NCBI RefSeq assembly: GCF_036365525.1
Contig: NC_090399.1
Span: 46,532,430-46,596,429, forward strand
Direction of reading: 5' to 3'
Origin: Heterodontus francisci
Taxonomy: Eukaryota
DNA: 64,000 nucleotides
This document shows positions 35,905-47,343 of this stretch, piece by piece; within the stretch, counting starts at the first letter, position 1; every line of letters starts with the position of its first letter. Both the position numbers and the translations under genes were made by a program. The notes beneath the pieces were generated by a model. It did no database searches. It was not told where the DNA came from and saw only the letters and a list, made by a program, of their open reading frames with translations.

Positions 35905-38340
35905 AAACACAAAACAGAGACCAGGGATTGAGGTTAGCTACTCAGACTGGTGAAAGGTGGGAAGTGGTGTTCAACAGGGATCGGTGATGAGAGCACTGCG
36001 GTTCACCATTCAAATGATTTGGACAAGGGAATTGGAAGACGATTTCAACATTTACACATGACATCAAATTGGGGATTGGGGCATAGTTAAAAATAAGGAG
36101 GATGGTGACAAAATACAGGAAGACATGATTAAATTTACAGAATTGGCGTGTAGTTGCCAAATTAATTTTAATAAAGACCTGTGTGAAGTGTGAAATTTTG
36201 GTAGGAAGAATAAAGGGGGCGGGGGGCACTTTTTTTTATTCTGTTACAGCATGTGAGCATCGCTGGCAAGGACAGCATTTGTTGCCCATCCCTAATTGAC
36301 CTTGAGGAGGCAATGGTGAGCTGCCTTCTTGAACCGCTGTTGTCCATCTGGTGCGGGTACACCCACAGTGCTCATAGGGAGGGAGTTCCCGGATTTTGAC
36401 CTAAGTGACAGTGAAGGAATGGAGATGTGGTTCCAAGTCAGGATGGTGAGTGACTTGGAGGGGAATTTGCAGGTGGTGGTATTCCATGTGTCTGCTGCTC
36501 TTATCCTTCTAGGTGGTAGAGGTTGCAGTTCTGGAAGTTGCTGTCAAAGGAGCCATGGCAAGTTGCTGCAGTGCATCTTGTATATGGCACACACTGCTGC
36601 CACTATGCACCAATGGTGGAGAGAATGATTGTTTAAGGTGATAGATGGGTTGCCAATCAAGCGGGCTGCTTTGTCCTGAGTGATGTCGAGCTTCTTGAGT
36701 GTTGTTGGAGCTGCACTCATCCAGGCAAGTGGAGAATATTCCATCATACTCCTGACTTATGCCTTGGAAATGGTGGACAGGCTTCGGGGAGTCAGGAGGT
36801 GAGTAACCCACTGCAGAATTCACAGCCTCTGACCTGCTCTTGTAGCCACAGTATTTGTATGGCTGTTCCAGTTAAGTTTCTGGTCAACGGTAAATCCCAT
36901 GGATGTTGATGGTAGGGGATTCAGTGATGGTATTGCTGTTGAATGTCAAGGGGAAATGGTTAGATTCTCTCTTGTTGGAGATTGTGATCGCCTGGTGCCT
37001 TGTGTGATACAAAAATTATTTGTCCGTTACCAGCACAAGCCTGATGTTTTCCAGCACATGCTGCATCTGGGCACGGACTGCTTCAGTATCTGAAGAGTTG
37101 CAAATAGTTCTGAACACTGTGAATCATAAGCGAACATCCCCACTTCTGACCTTATGATGGAGGGAAGGTCATTATTGAAGCAGCTGAAGATGATTGGGCC
37201 GAGGACACTACCCTGAGGAACTGCTGCAGCAATGTTCTGGTGCTGAGATGATTGGATTCCAACAACAACTATCTTCCTTTGTATTAGGTATGGCTCCAAC
37301 CAGTGGAGAGATTTTCCCCGATTCCCATTGACTCCAGTTTTGCTAGGGCTCCTTGATGCCACACTCGGTCAAATGCTGCCTTGATGTCAAGGACAGTCAC
37401 TCTCACCTCAACTCTTGAATTCAGCTCTCTTAGAAAATACAAAAGTAATAAAAATAAATTTTAAAAATTAAAAAAAATATTTAAGATCAATGCTCTATAG
37501 AAAATAAAAGTGGATGGGCGAGAGGAGCAGAGGGATCTAGTGGTATAGATACTCAGACCACCAAAAGCAATGACAAAGGTTAATAAGGCCAAGTGAAAAA
37601 ATCAGACCAAGCTCTGGAGTTTATTTCTACAGGGATAGAATCAGAAAGCAGGAAGGTTATGTTAAATAAAATCAAAATACTCGCATGCTGGAAATCTGAA
37701 ATAAAAACAGAAAGTACTTGTGTCCTGAATGATGTATTTCCAGCACTTTCTGAAGTTATGTTAAACCTGTATTGAACGGTGGTTAGACTACACTTGGAAC
37801 ACTGTGCACAGTTCTGATTTACATATTATTAAAAAAAGGATATAGAGGAACTGGAGTAGGTGCAAAAATAATTTACAAACGTGATACCAGATTTGACAGG
37901 TTGTGACTATCAGGAAATATTGAACAGACGTGGGCTCTTTTCCCTCAAAAAGAGAAGGCAGAGGGGTGAGCTAATTGAGGGCTTTCAGGTCATGAAGGGG
38001 ATTGATTGGTTACATGTTGAGAACATGTTTCCACTTGTGGGGAAGACCAGAACTAGAGATCATAAATGTAAGCTGGTCACTAATAAATGGAAAAGGAGAA
38101 TTGAAGAGAAACTTCTTTACCCAGAGTGGTTAGAATGTGGAACACGCTACCACACGGAGTAGCTGAGGTGATTGGAATGGATCCTTTTAAGGGGAAGAAA
38201 GATAAACACATGAGGGAGAAAAGAATAAAAGGGTATGCTGATCGGGTGAGATAAAGAGGAGTGTTTGGCGCATACATAATGACATAGACCAGCAGAGCTC
38301 AATGACCTGTTTTTCTGTTGCACATTCTATGTCATTCTAC
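35905..38340. mobile_element. Plus-strand CR1 fragment (35905-36220, 37490-38340) split by a minus-strand CR1/L2-group fragment (36230-37430)
   Basis: [12 protein letters not shown] and MEYSPLAWMSAAPTT on minus; GLFSLKKRR on plus. Confidence 0.8.
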
Positions 38341-39984
38341 GTGTTAATCTGTACACAGAGTAATAAACAGTACAGCCGGTAATAATCCACACACCCAGTA
38401 ATGAACTATACACCCAGTCATAAACCATACATCCAGTAATAAACTATACACTGTTAGGATCAGGTGAGAAAGGGGTCTAGGGGTTCCCTCTCAGCCTTTG
38501 TCTGGTTTAACCATAACAGAGTTCAATTTTAAAAACCCCGTGTTTTTGGCTTCCACTGAGTGAATCCTTGTTCACTGCTCTCCAATTGTAAGGCAAATAA
38601 ATCAATCAGACAGGTTTTCTTAGATTTAAACAAGAAAGGTGGAAGTTTATTAAACTCAAACTCTAATGCATTTAAAGACCATGAATAGGTGACACAACCA
38701 CGCGAGCATGCATAAGCGATAAACACACTCGCTAATAGAGACAGAAAAGTGGAAAGAATAAAGGGGAAAAGTTTGAGGCAATAGCTGGGATTTATTTACG
38801 GTCCTTTGAGTTCGATGTAAAGTCTTTGATTGTTTGTAAGTCTTGCCGTTTTGTTGGGGCCCAGTGCAGCTTTAAAACTTGTTTCGATGTAGGAGTCTGT
38901 TTTCTTTTGAGGTTTAAGTGACTTCAGTAGATCTGGAGATTTGAGAGAGAGAGAGTTAGCCAGGAGAGAGGCTTGCTTTTTCCAAGTTCAGTTGCAACCT
39001 CATCAAAACTGTGCTGTGAGCATTTCAAACAAAACCTGGGTCAGCAGGTTGGTCATGTGACTAGCTTTTTTTTTTAACAAACTCCTGCATTTGTGGATTC
39101 TCCATCTAATCAGTCACCCTGGAATGCTGGCTTTCTTACACATTCAATGTCTGGTGATCAAAATGCATTTGGGTTAATTGGATCAGGTAGCAGTTCTATT
39201 GTCTCCAGGCACTGTCTCTTAGTATGCAAATATTTTCCAGCCACTGCTGATCTCTTAAAACAAGTCATTTCTTCATTCCAGCAGCAGTTTAAAATTAATA
39301 TTCACATGATGAAATTAATATGCCTCAATCTTGGTAGGTGGGGTCTTCATGACACCTCCGTACCCAATGGAATGAAATGCGATTTTTAGAAGAGTATTTC
39401 ATTAAAAGGGACTAGAGAGAACAGTAGGTACAGGAACACACACATAGAACATAGAACATAGAACAGTACAGCACAGTACAGGCCCTTCGGCCCACGATAT
39501 TGTGCCGACCCTTTAACCTACTCTAAGATCAAACGACCTACATACCCTTCATTCTGCTATCATCCATGTACCTATCCAAGAGTCGCTTAAATGCCCCTAA
39601 TGTATCTGCTTCTACTACCACCGCTGGCAGTGCATTCCACGCACCCACCACTCTCTGTGTAAAGAACCTACCTCTGATATCTCCCCTAAACTTTCCTCCA
39701 ATCACCTTAAAATTATGCCCCCTGGTGATAGCCCTTTCCGCCCTGGGAAAAGGTCTCTGGCTATCCACTCTATCTATGTCTCTCATCATCTTGTACACCT
39801 CTATCAAGTCACCTCTCATCCTTCTTCGCTCCAAGGAGAAAAGCCCTAGTTCCCTCAACTTTTCTTCATAAGACATGCCCTCCAGTCCAGGCAGCATCCT
39901 GGTAAATCTCCTCTGGACCCTCTCTAAAGCTTCCACATCCTTCCTATAATGAGGCGACCAGAACTGAACACAATATTCAAGATG

Positions 39985-42900
39985 GCTCCTGGGCTGGAAG
40001 CTCCCTAGGAAGCTCCCTTGCTGTTCAACTCTATCCATGGCCATCTGCTCCCATCCCTAACGTTTTCTCCCCCAATCTGCCCTCTTAAACTGTTCAAATT
40101 CCCCTGGCTCTTTAAATCAGTTCATTTTAGCCCTATCTAAAAGTTAACAGTTAGTTTAGTGTATGTTACCTGGGCCCACTGCCCTCCCCCAGCCACACCT
40201 GCTCTTTGTTTTCTCAATGAAATTGATCCGGATGAAACTGACGAGAACAGCTGCCGATACTTTAATCTCCGATCCTGCTGTCTTCACAGTCCAGAGTGTC
40301 TGCAGCCACGGCATGCGGTAAGTCCATTGAGGTGAAGAAGGAGCTGCGGGACCCGAGAGAAGTCCTGTGAAAAGGTGCCCCGAACACCCAAAACATCCAC
40401 GAACGGCCCCCCCCCGGCCGCAACTTCAAAGCGCCCGCGGGAGATGGCTCGGAGAGCATCTGCAGCGCACTGTCGGCAATGCTGCATGCCTTTATTTAAA
40501 CCACTGCAAAAAAAAAACCCTTAGCAAATGTAATCACCTCTAAGTCTGCCAAATGATGCTTCACCTCCCGAAGGACGTAGATGAGCTTTCCGGACGTCGA
40601 TGGTGGGCACTGAGGAAATGGCTTATTACCTGCACCAGATTCCACCCCCCCTCCCCCCCCTTCCACCCCCCCCCACCCCCGTCCCCTTCCCTGCTCCACC
40701 CTCTCAGCTCACCCCCTCACAACCCCGTCCCAGCCCGCCCCCCCCGCACCATCTTCACCCCGCACCCCCTTCCCCTGCACCCCCCCCACCCCCTCCCTCT
40801 ACCCCTCCCCCTTGCATCCCCTCCCCCCACCGGCACCATCCTACACCTGTGTAGGCGCCCCAACAACCCCACTGCCTTGTGGGCGTCTCGGGAGAGACCA
40901 AGGCTAAGGGAGTAAACCCTAACAGAAAATCCGGAGCGGAACCCCGTAGGCGGTCATGTGTCACCTTTGGCATGTTTCCGGCAGTTCCTGCAGCCATACT
41001 GGTGCCAAACGTCGTGTCCTGCACTCCTTTGGACCCCACCAGAAAGGCCGAGAGGGGGGTTTTGACGACTGGGCAACTCTCAACCTCCATAAATTTGCCC
41101 AGGCATGCGCCATGGAGAGGTCACTCCATAGTTGCCTCACAGCGACTGAAACAACACGGAAGGCAGCAGTTACGGGTTATAAGTCCAGATAAATTGGCGT
41201 AGAAACTGGGCGCCACGGGTTGCCTTTGTCGGTGGGAGAGGTCATTGCACCTCACTGGACAGCTACCGCCCGCCTCAAACCGGGCAGCCCCCGGTCAATA
41301 AGGTTCTGTCCCGCCACAGTCTGCCTGCTTCAATGGGTGCTTGGAGCTCAGGGTCATTGCCCGAAAGGTGGACTGATACACCGCACCAAACAACATGAAA
41401 AAAGGAAAGAAGGTACCAGCCCTTCGCTTTGCAAGCTGGAACGTCAGAACTATGTGTCCTGGCCTGTCGGAAGACCTTACACAAATCAACGATTCTCGGA
41501 AGACCGCCATCATTAACAACGAGCTCAGTAGACTCAATGTGGACATTGCAGCACTTCAGGAGACTCGCCTCCCCGCGAGTGGCTCTCTAGCAGAGCAAGA
41601 CTACACCTTCTTCTGGCAGGGCAGGGATCCTGAAGAACCAAGACAGCATGGAGTGGGCTTCGCCATCAGAAACTCCTTGCTCAGCATGATAGAGCCTCCC
41701 TCAAATGGCTCGGAACGCATACTGTCCATCCGACTGCTCACCACCTCTGGTCCAGTACACCTACTCAGCATCTATGCTCCAACACTCTGTTCCGCACCTG
41801 AAGCTAAAGACCAGTTCTATGAACAACTCCATAACATCATTAGCAGCATCCCCAACACCGAACACCTATTCCTGCTGGGGGACTTTAATGCCAGGGTTGG
41901 GGCCGACCATGACTCATGGCCCTCCTGCCTTGGGCGCTATGGCGTTGGAAGGATGAATGAGAACGGGCAGAGACTGCTTGAGTTGTGTACCTATCATAAC
42001 CTCTGCATCACCAACTCGTTCTTTCACACTAAACCCTGTCACCAGGTTTCATGGAGGCACCCAAGATCACGTCGTTGGCACCAGCTAGACCTCATTCTCA
42101 CAAGGCGAGCCGCCTTAAACAGTGTTCAAATCACACGCAGCTTCCACAGTGCGGACTGCGACACCGACCACTCCCTGGTGTGCAGCAAGGTTAGACTCAG
42201 ACCAAAGAAGTTGCATCATTCCAAGCAGAAGGGCCACCCGCGCATCAACACGAGCAGAATTTCTCACCCACAGCTGTTACAAAAATTTCTAAATTCACTT
42301 GTAACAGCCCTTCAAAACACTCCCACAGGGGATGCTGAGACCAAGTGGGCCCACATCAGAGACGCCATCTATGAGTCAGCTTTGACCACCTACGGCAAAA
42401 GTGCGAAGAGAAATGCAGACTGGTTTCAATCTCATAATGAAGAGCTGGAACCTGTCATAGCCGCTAAGCGCATTGCACTTTTGAACTACAAGAAAGCCCC
42501 CAGCGATTTAACATCCGCCGCACTTAAAGCAGCCAGAAGTACTGCACAAAGAACAGCTAGGCGTTGCGCAAACGACTACTGGCAACACCTATGCAGCCAT
42601 ATTCAGCTGGCCTCAGACACCGGAAACATCAGAGGAATGTATGATGGCATGAAGAGAGCTCTTGGGCCAACCATCAAAAAGATCACCCCCCTCAAATCTA
42701 AATCGGGGGACATAATCACTGACCAACGCAAACAGATGGACCGCTGGGTTGAGCACTACCTAGAACTGTACTCCAGGGAGAATGCTGTCACGGAGACTGC
42801 CCTCAATGCAGCCCAGCCTCTACCAGTCATGGATGAGCTGGACATACAGCCAACCAAATCGGAACTCAGTGATGCCATTGATTCCCTAGCCAGCGGAAAA

Positions 42901-44638
42901 GCCCCTGGGAAGGACAGCATTACCCCTGAAATAATCAAGAGTGCCAAGCCTGCTATACTCTCAGCACTACATGAACTGCTATGCCTGTGCTGGGACGAGG
43001 GAGCAGTACCCCAGGACATGCGCGATGCCAACATCATCACCCTCTATAAAAACAAAGGTGACCGCGGTGACTGCAACAACTACCGTGGAATCTCTCTGCT
43101 CAGCATAGTGGGGAAAGTCTTTGCTCGAGTCGCTCTGAACAGGCTCCAGAAGCTGGCCGAGCGCGTCTACCCTGAGGCACAGTGTGGCTTTCGTGCAGAG
43201 AGATCGACTATTGACATGCTGTTCTCCCTTCGTCAGATACAGGAGAAATGCCGTGAACAACAGATGCCCCTCTACATTGCTTTCATTGATCTCACCAAAG
43301 CCTTTGACCTCGTCAGCAGACGTGGTCTCTTCAGATTACTAGAAAAGATCGGATGTCCACCAAAGCTACTAAGTATCATCACCTCATTCCATGACAATAT
43401 GAAAGGCACAATTCAACATGGTGGCTCCTCATCAGAGCCCTTTCCTATCCTGAGTGGTGTGAAACAGGGCTGTGTTCTCGCACCCACACTTTTTGGGATT
43501 TTCTTCTCCCTGCTGCTTTCACATGCATTCAAATCCTCTGAAGAAGGAATTTTCCTCCACACAAGATCAGGGGGCAGGTTGTTCAACCTTGCCCGTCTAA
43601 GAGCGAAGTCCAAAGTACGGAAAGTCCTCATCAGAGAACTCCTCTTTGCTGACGATGCTGCTTTAACATCTCACACTGAAGAATGCCTGCAGAGTCTCAT
43701 CGACAGGTTTGCGTCTGCCTGCAATGAATTTGGCCTAACCATCAGCCTCAAGAAAACGAACATCATGGGGCAGGATGTCAGAAATGCTCCATCCATCAAT
43801 ATTGGCGACCACGCTCTGGAAGTGGTTCAAGAGTTCACCTACCTAGGCTCAACTATCACCAGTAACCTGTCTCTAGATGCAGAAATCAACAAGCGCATGG
43901 GTAAGGCTTCCACTGCTATGTTCAGACTGGCCAAGAGAGTGTGGGAAAATGGCGCACTGACACGGAACACAAAAGTCCGAGTGTATCAGGCCTGTGTCCT
44001 CAGTACCTTGCTCTACGGCAGCGAGGCCTGGACAACGTATGCCAGCCAAGAGCGACGTCTCAATTCATTCCATCTTCGCTGCCTTCGGAGAATACTTGGC
44101 ATCAGGTGGCAGGACTATATCTCCAACACAGAAGTCCTTGAAGCGGCCAACATCCCCAGCTTATACACACTACTGAGTCAGCGGCGCTTGAGATGGCTTG
44201 GCCATGTGAGCCGCATGGAAGATGGCAGGATCCCCAAAGACACATTGTACAGCGAGCTCGCCACTGGTATCAGACCCACCGGCCGTCCATGTCTCCGTTA
44301 TAAAGACGTCTGCAAACGCGACATGAAATCGTGTGACATTGATCACAAGTCGTGGGAGTCAGTTGCCAGCATTCGCCAGAGCTGGCGGGCAGCCATAAAG
44401 ACAGGGCTAAATTGTGGCGAGTCGAAGAGACTTAGTAGTTGGCAGGAAAAAAGACAGAGGCGCAAGGGGAGAGCCAACTGTGCAACAGCCCCAACAAACA
44501 AATTTCTCTGCAGCACCTGTGGAAGAGCCTGTCACTCCAGAATTGGCCTTTATAGCCACTCCAGGCGCTGCTTTACAAACCACTGACCACCTCCAGGCGC
44601 GTATCCATTGTCTCTCGAGATAAGGAGGCCCAAAAGAA
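39985..44638 (+). mobile_element. RTE-clade LINE, full length, with ~870 bp of extra 5' sequence including a C-rich tract
   Basis: Bounded by the two halves of the CR1; single long ORF; short 3' UTR with AAGAAG tail; no clean TSD. Confidence 0.93.
41395..44586 (+). CDS. RTE ORF: APE endonuclease, reverse transcriptase and C-terminal C2H2 zinc finger (1063 aa, uninterrupted)
   Basis: SWNVRT, LQETR, IYAPT, LGDFNARVG, TDH; GVKQGCVLAP, LFADD; CSTCGRACHSRIGLYSHSRRC. Confidence 0.97.
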   Translation: MKKGKKVPALRFASWNVRTMCPGLSEDLTQINDSRKTAIINNELSRLNVDIAALQETRLPASGSLAEQDYTFFWQGRDPEEPRQHGVGFAIRNSLLSMIEPPSNGSERILSIRLLTTSGPVHLLSIYAPTLCSAPEAKDQFYEQLHNIISSIPNTEHLFLLGDFNARVGADHDSWPSCLGRYGVGRMNENGQRLLELCTYHNLCITNSFFHTKPCHQVSWRHPRSRRWHQLDLILTRRAALNSVQITRSFHSADCDTDHSLVCSKVRLRPKKLHHSKQKGHPRINTSRISHPQLLQKFLNSLVTALQNTPTGDAETKWAHIRDAIYESALTTYGKSAKRNADWFQSHNEELEPVIAAKRIALLNYKKAPSDLTSAALKAARSTAQRTARRCANDYWQHLCSHIQLASDTGNIRGMYDGMKRALGPTIKKITPLKSKSGDIITDQRKQMDRWVEHYLELYSRENAVTETALNAAQPLPVMDELDIQPTKSELSDAIDSLASGKAPGKDSITPEIIKSAKPAILSALHELLCLCWDEGAVPQDMRDANIITLYKNKGDRGDCNNYRGISLLSIVGKVFARVALNRLQKLAERVYPEAQCGFRAERSTIDMLFSLRQIQEKCREQQMPLYIAFIDLTKAFDLVSRRGLFRLLEKIGCPPKLLSIITSFHDNMKGTIQHGGSSSEPFPILSGVKQGCVLAPTLFGIFFSLLLSHAFKSSEEGIFLHTRSGGRLFNLARLRAKSKVRKVLIRELLFADDAALTSHTEECLQSLIDRFASACNEFGLTISLKKTNIMGQDVRNAPSINIGDHALEVVQEFTYLGSTITSNLSLDAEINKRMGKASTAMFRLAKRVWENGALTRNTKVRVYQACVLSTLLYGSEAWTTYASQERRLNSFHLRCLRRILGIRWQDYISNTEVLEAANIPSLYTLLSQRRLRWLGHVSRMEDGRIPKDTLYSELATGIRPTGRPCLRYKDVCKRDMKSCDIDHKSWESVASIRQSWRAAIKTGLNCGESKRLSSWQEKRQRRKGRANCATAPTNKFLCSTCGRACHSRIGLYSHSRRCFTNH

Positions 44639-47343
44639 GTCTAACCAGGGCCTTATAGAGCTGCAGCATAGCCTCGCAGCTCTTAAACTCAATCCCCCTG
44701 TTAATGAAAGCCAACACACCATACGCCTTCTTAACAACCCTATCAACTTGGGTGGCAACTTTGAGGGATCTATGGACGTGAACCCCAAGATCCCTCTGTT
44801 CCTCCACACTGCCAAGAATCCTGTCTTTAAGCCTGTATTCTGCATTCAAATTCGACATTCCAAAATGAATCACTTCACACTTTTCCAGGTTGAACTCCAT
44901 CTGCCACTTCTCAGCCCAGCTCTGCATCCTGTCAATGTCCTGTTACAACCTACAACAGCCTTCCACACTATCCACAACTCCAGCAACCTTTGTGTCATCG
45001 GCAAACTTACTAACCCAGCCTTCCACTTCCTCATCCAAGTCATTTATAAAAATCACAAAGAGCAGAGGTCCCAGAACAGATCCCTGCGGAACACCACTGG
45101 TCACCAAGCTCCAGGCTGAATACTTTCCATCTACTACCACCCTCTGTCTTCTATGGGCCAGCCAATTCTGTATCCAGACAGCCAACTTTCCCTGTATCCC
45201 ATGCCTCCTTACTTTCTGAATGAGCCTACCATGGGGAACCTTATCAAACGCCTTGCTAAAATCCATATACACCACATCCACTGCTCTTCCTTCATCAATG
45301 TCACATCCTCAAAGATTTCAATAAGGCTTGTGAGGCATGACCTGCCCCTCACAAAGCCATGCTGACTGTTTCTAATCAAACTATGCTTTTCCAAATAATC
45401 ATAAATCCTGTCTCTCAGAATCCTCTCCAATGCATCTCTCTCATTCATCGAGAAATCCCAAAAGTTGTTCCAGCCTGTCTTTTCTTGGTAGCAGTGCTGC
45501 TTTAAACTGTCCCTTTTGGCATCCCAATAAACATATGGTTTTTGGGGAAGTTTTCCAGTTTGCACATTTCCAGGACTGCCTAGGGTGTCTTTGTTCCTGT
45601 TGAGATCTGCAGGGGGAGAGTTAGATTTAATTAGCCCTAAGTTGGAGTTTTGCTCATGGCTGTCGGCAGTGGGTCATTCCACCCTGAACTCTCTTTCAGT
45701 GCTTTGATGAGTCATGGAAGGCACTTAGCTTTCGAGGTTGGTTGGTTCCCTTTTGTGCTGACTGTGGGGGAATATTCTCTGCTGATCTTCCCTTTGTCCT
45801 CTGGGATATGCCTGCTTGCAGGTATTTGTCCAGATTCTACTGCACACCCCTATGGCACCTCGACTGTGTGAGGCATCACCCTCACGGGTTCCCTGCCCTC
45901 TTCAGGACTTTCTTTGTCTCTGCAGGTTCCTGTAAATGCTGTTAGCAACTCTGGTGGGGTGCGTCTGGTGTCTACATTTACAAAGGAGGATGTGGAGTCG
46001 AATCTATTCAACATTTCAGGGTTGGCCGACTGGACAGTAGGGGTTTTCATCTGGGATTCCATCAGGAATTGCATTAACCTGTCCTTTTTGTCCCTTTTCC
46101 CCCTTTCCTCTCTATCTTTTTGCCAGCCTTGTACCTGTCTGTCCCCTTTTGTTCTCGGCAGTTCACTAGCCCTTTGCTGGAGGTTCCTCCAAACACTGAT
46201 ACAGGACTTAGGGGTTCAGACATCACTGTAGGTTGGGGTTTCCCCTCAACCTGGCACATGTGGCAACTCCAGCAGTACTCCATCACATCTTCATGGAGTT
46301 TTGGCCCGTCAAACTGCTGTCTTACGCAGGCTTTGGTTTTCATATACCAACATGTACAGCCACTGTTGTCTCATTGTCCATTCTTAATATTTTTCTCCAG
46401 TACCTCTGTGGCACCACTAACTAGTGAACCACTGTCCGGTCCTTGCTCTCAGGTCTGTGAGGAGAACTCCACTTTGTCATCAGTATCTCATGCTTTAAAT
46501 GGTAGGAATCAGGGACTCCCTCTGCCTCAATTTCAGACTGGGTAGCCTGTGCTAACTTTCTCAATACTAGATCGGCTCGCTGAGCCTCAGCCAGGGAAGA
46601 TTCATTTAATTCATTCCCTGGGTCTTCTAACTTTCCAAAGAAAGTCTCAGACAGGTAGACCTCATGGTCATCTGCCTGCAGTACTAATTCAGTCTCCTCT
46701 GGGGGAGCTGGTTTGATCATGGCCTGATCCACTACACATTCAGGGAAACTGCAGGAGACCGTCTCCCACCACTGCCCTGCCTCTCTGACCTCCTGTGGTC
46801 TTTACTTCACTACTGGGGAAGCTGCCACTTTCACCCCTGCCAGATCATTACCTAGGAGCAGGTCAACCTCGTCCCCAGCAAAACTAGGGACAATCCCTAC
46901 AGCCACCGGTCCCAAAACTAGGTCGCACTCCAAGTGCACCCAGTGTAAAGGTACAGGTATACACTACCCTCCAATACCATTCACCACCATTCTGGTGTTT
47001 ACTGCACTCGAGGGGGGATAGGTCAGTCCTTTTCCCAGTAAAAAGGATCTAGCGGCCCCTGTATCCCTGAGGCTTGCTTGCCCCACTCGTGGGGTATGGG
47101 GTTACCTTCCCTTCAGACACAAAATCCTGATAGCCCTCAGGAATCCTATTACGTTTTCCTGCATTTGCACCAGTATGCTTCCTGGGTCTTACTATTACTG
47201 CATTTAAAGCCACAGCTTGTTCTGCTGTGATTTCCATCAGGATCACTTCTCCTTCACTGAGCGGGTATGCCCTGATTAACCCTACAGACTTTCCCTCTAG
47301 GTTCCAGCAGTCTGCTCTTAAATGCCCAGCTTTATTACAGTGG

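Larger units (their letters stand above)
39443..45431 (-). mobile_element. Young 5'-truncated CR1 (39443-39984 + 44639-45431) inside the Gypsy, split by an RTE
   Basis: [29 protein letters not shown]|HLEYCVQFWSP split by the insert; (TTCTATG)n tail. Confidence 0.95.
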
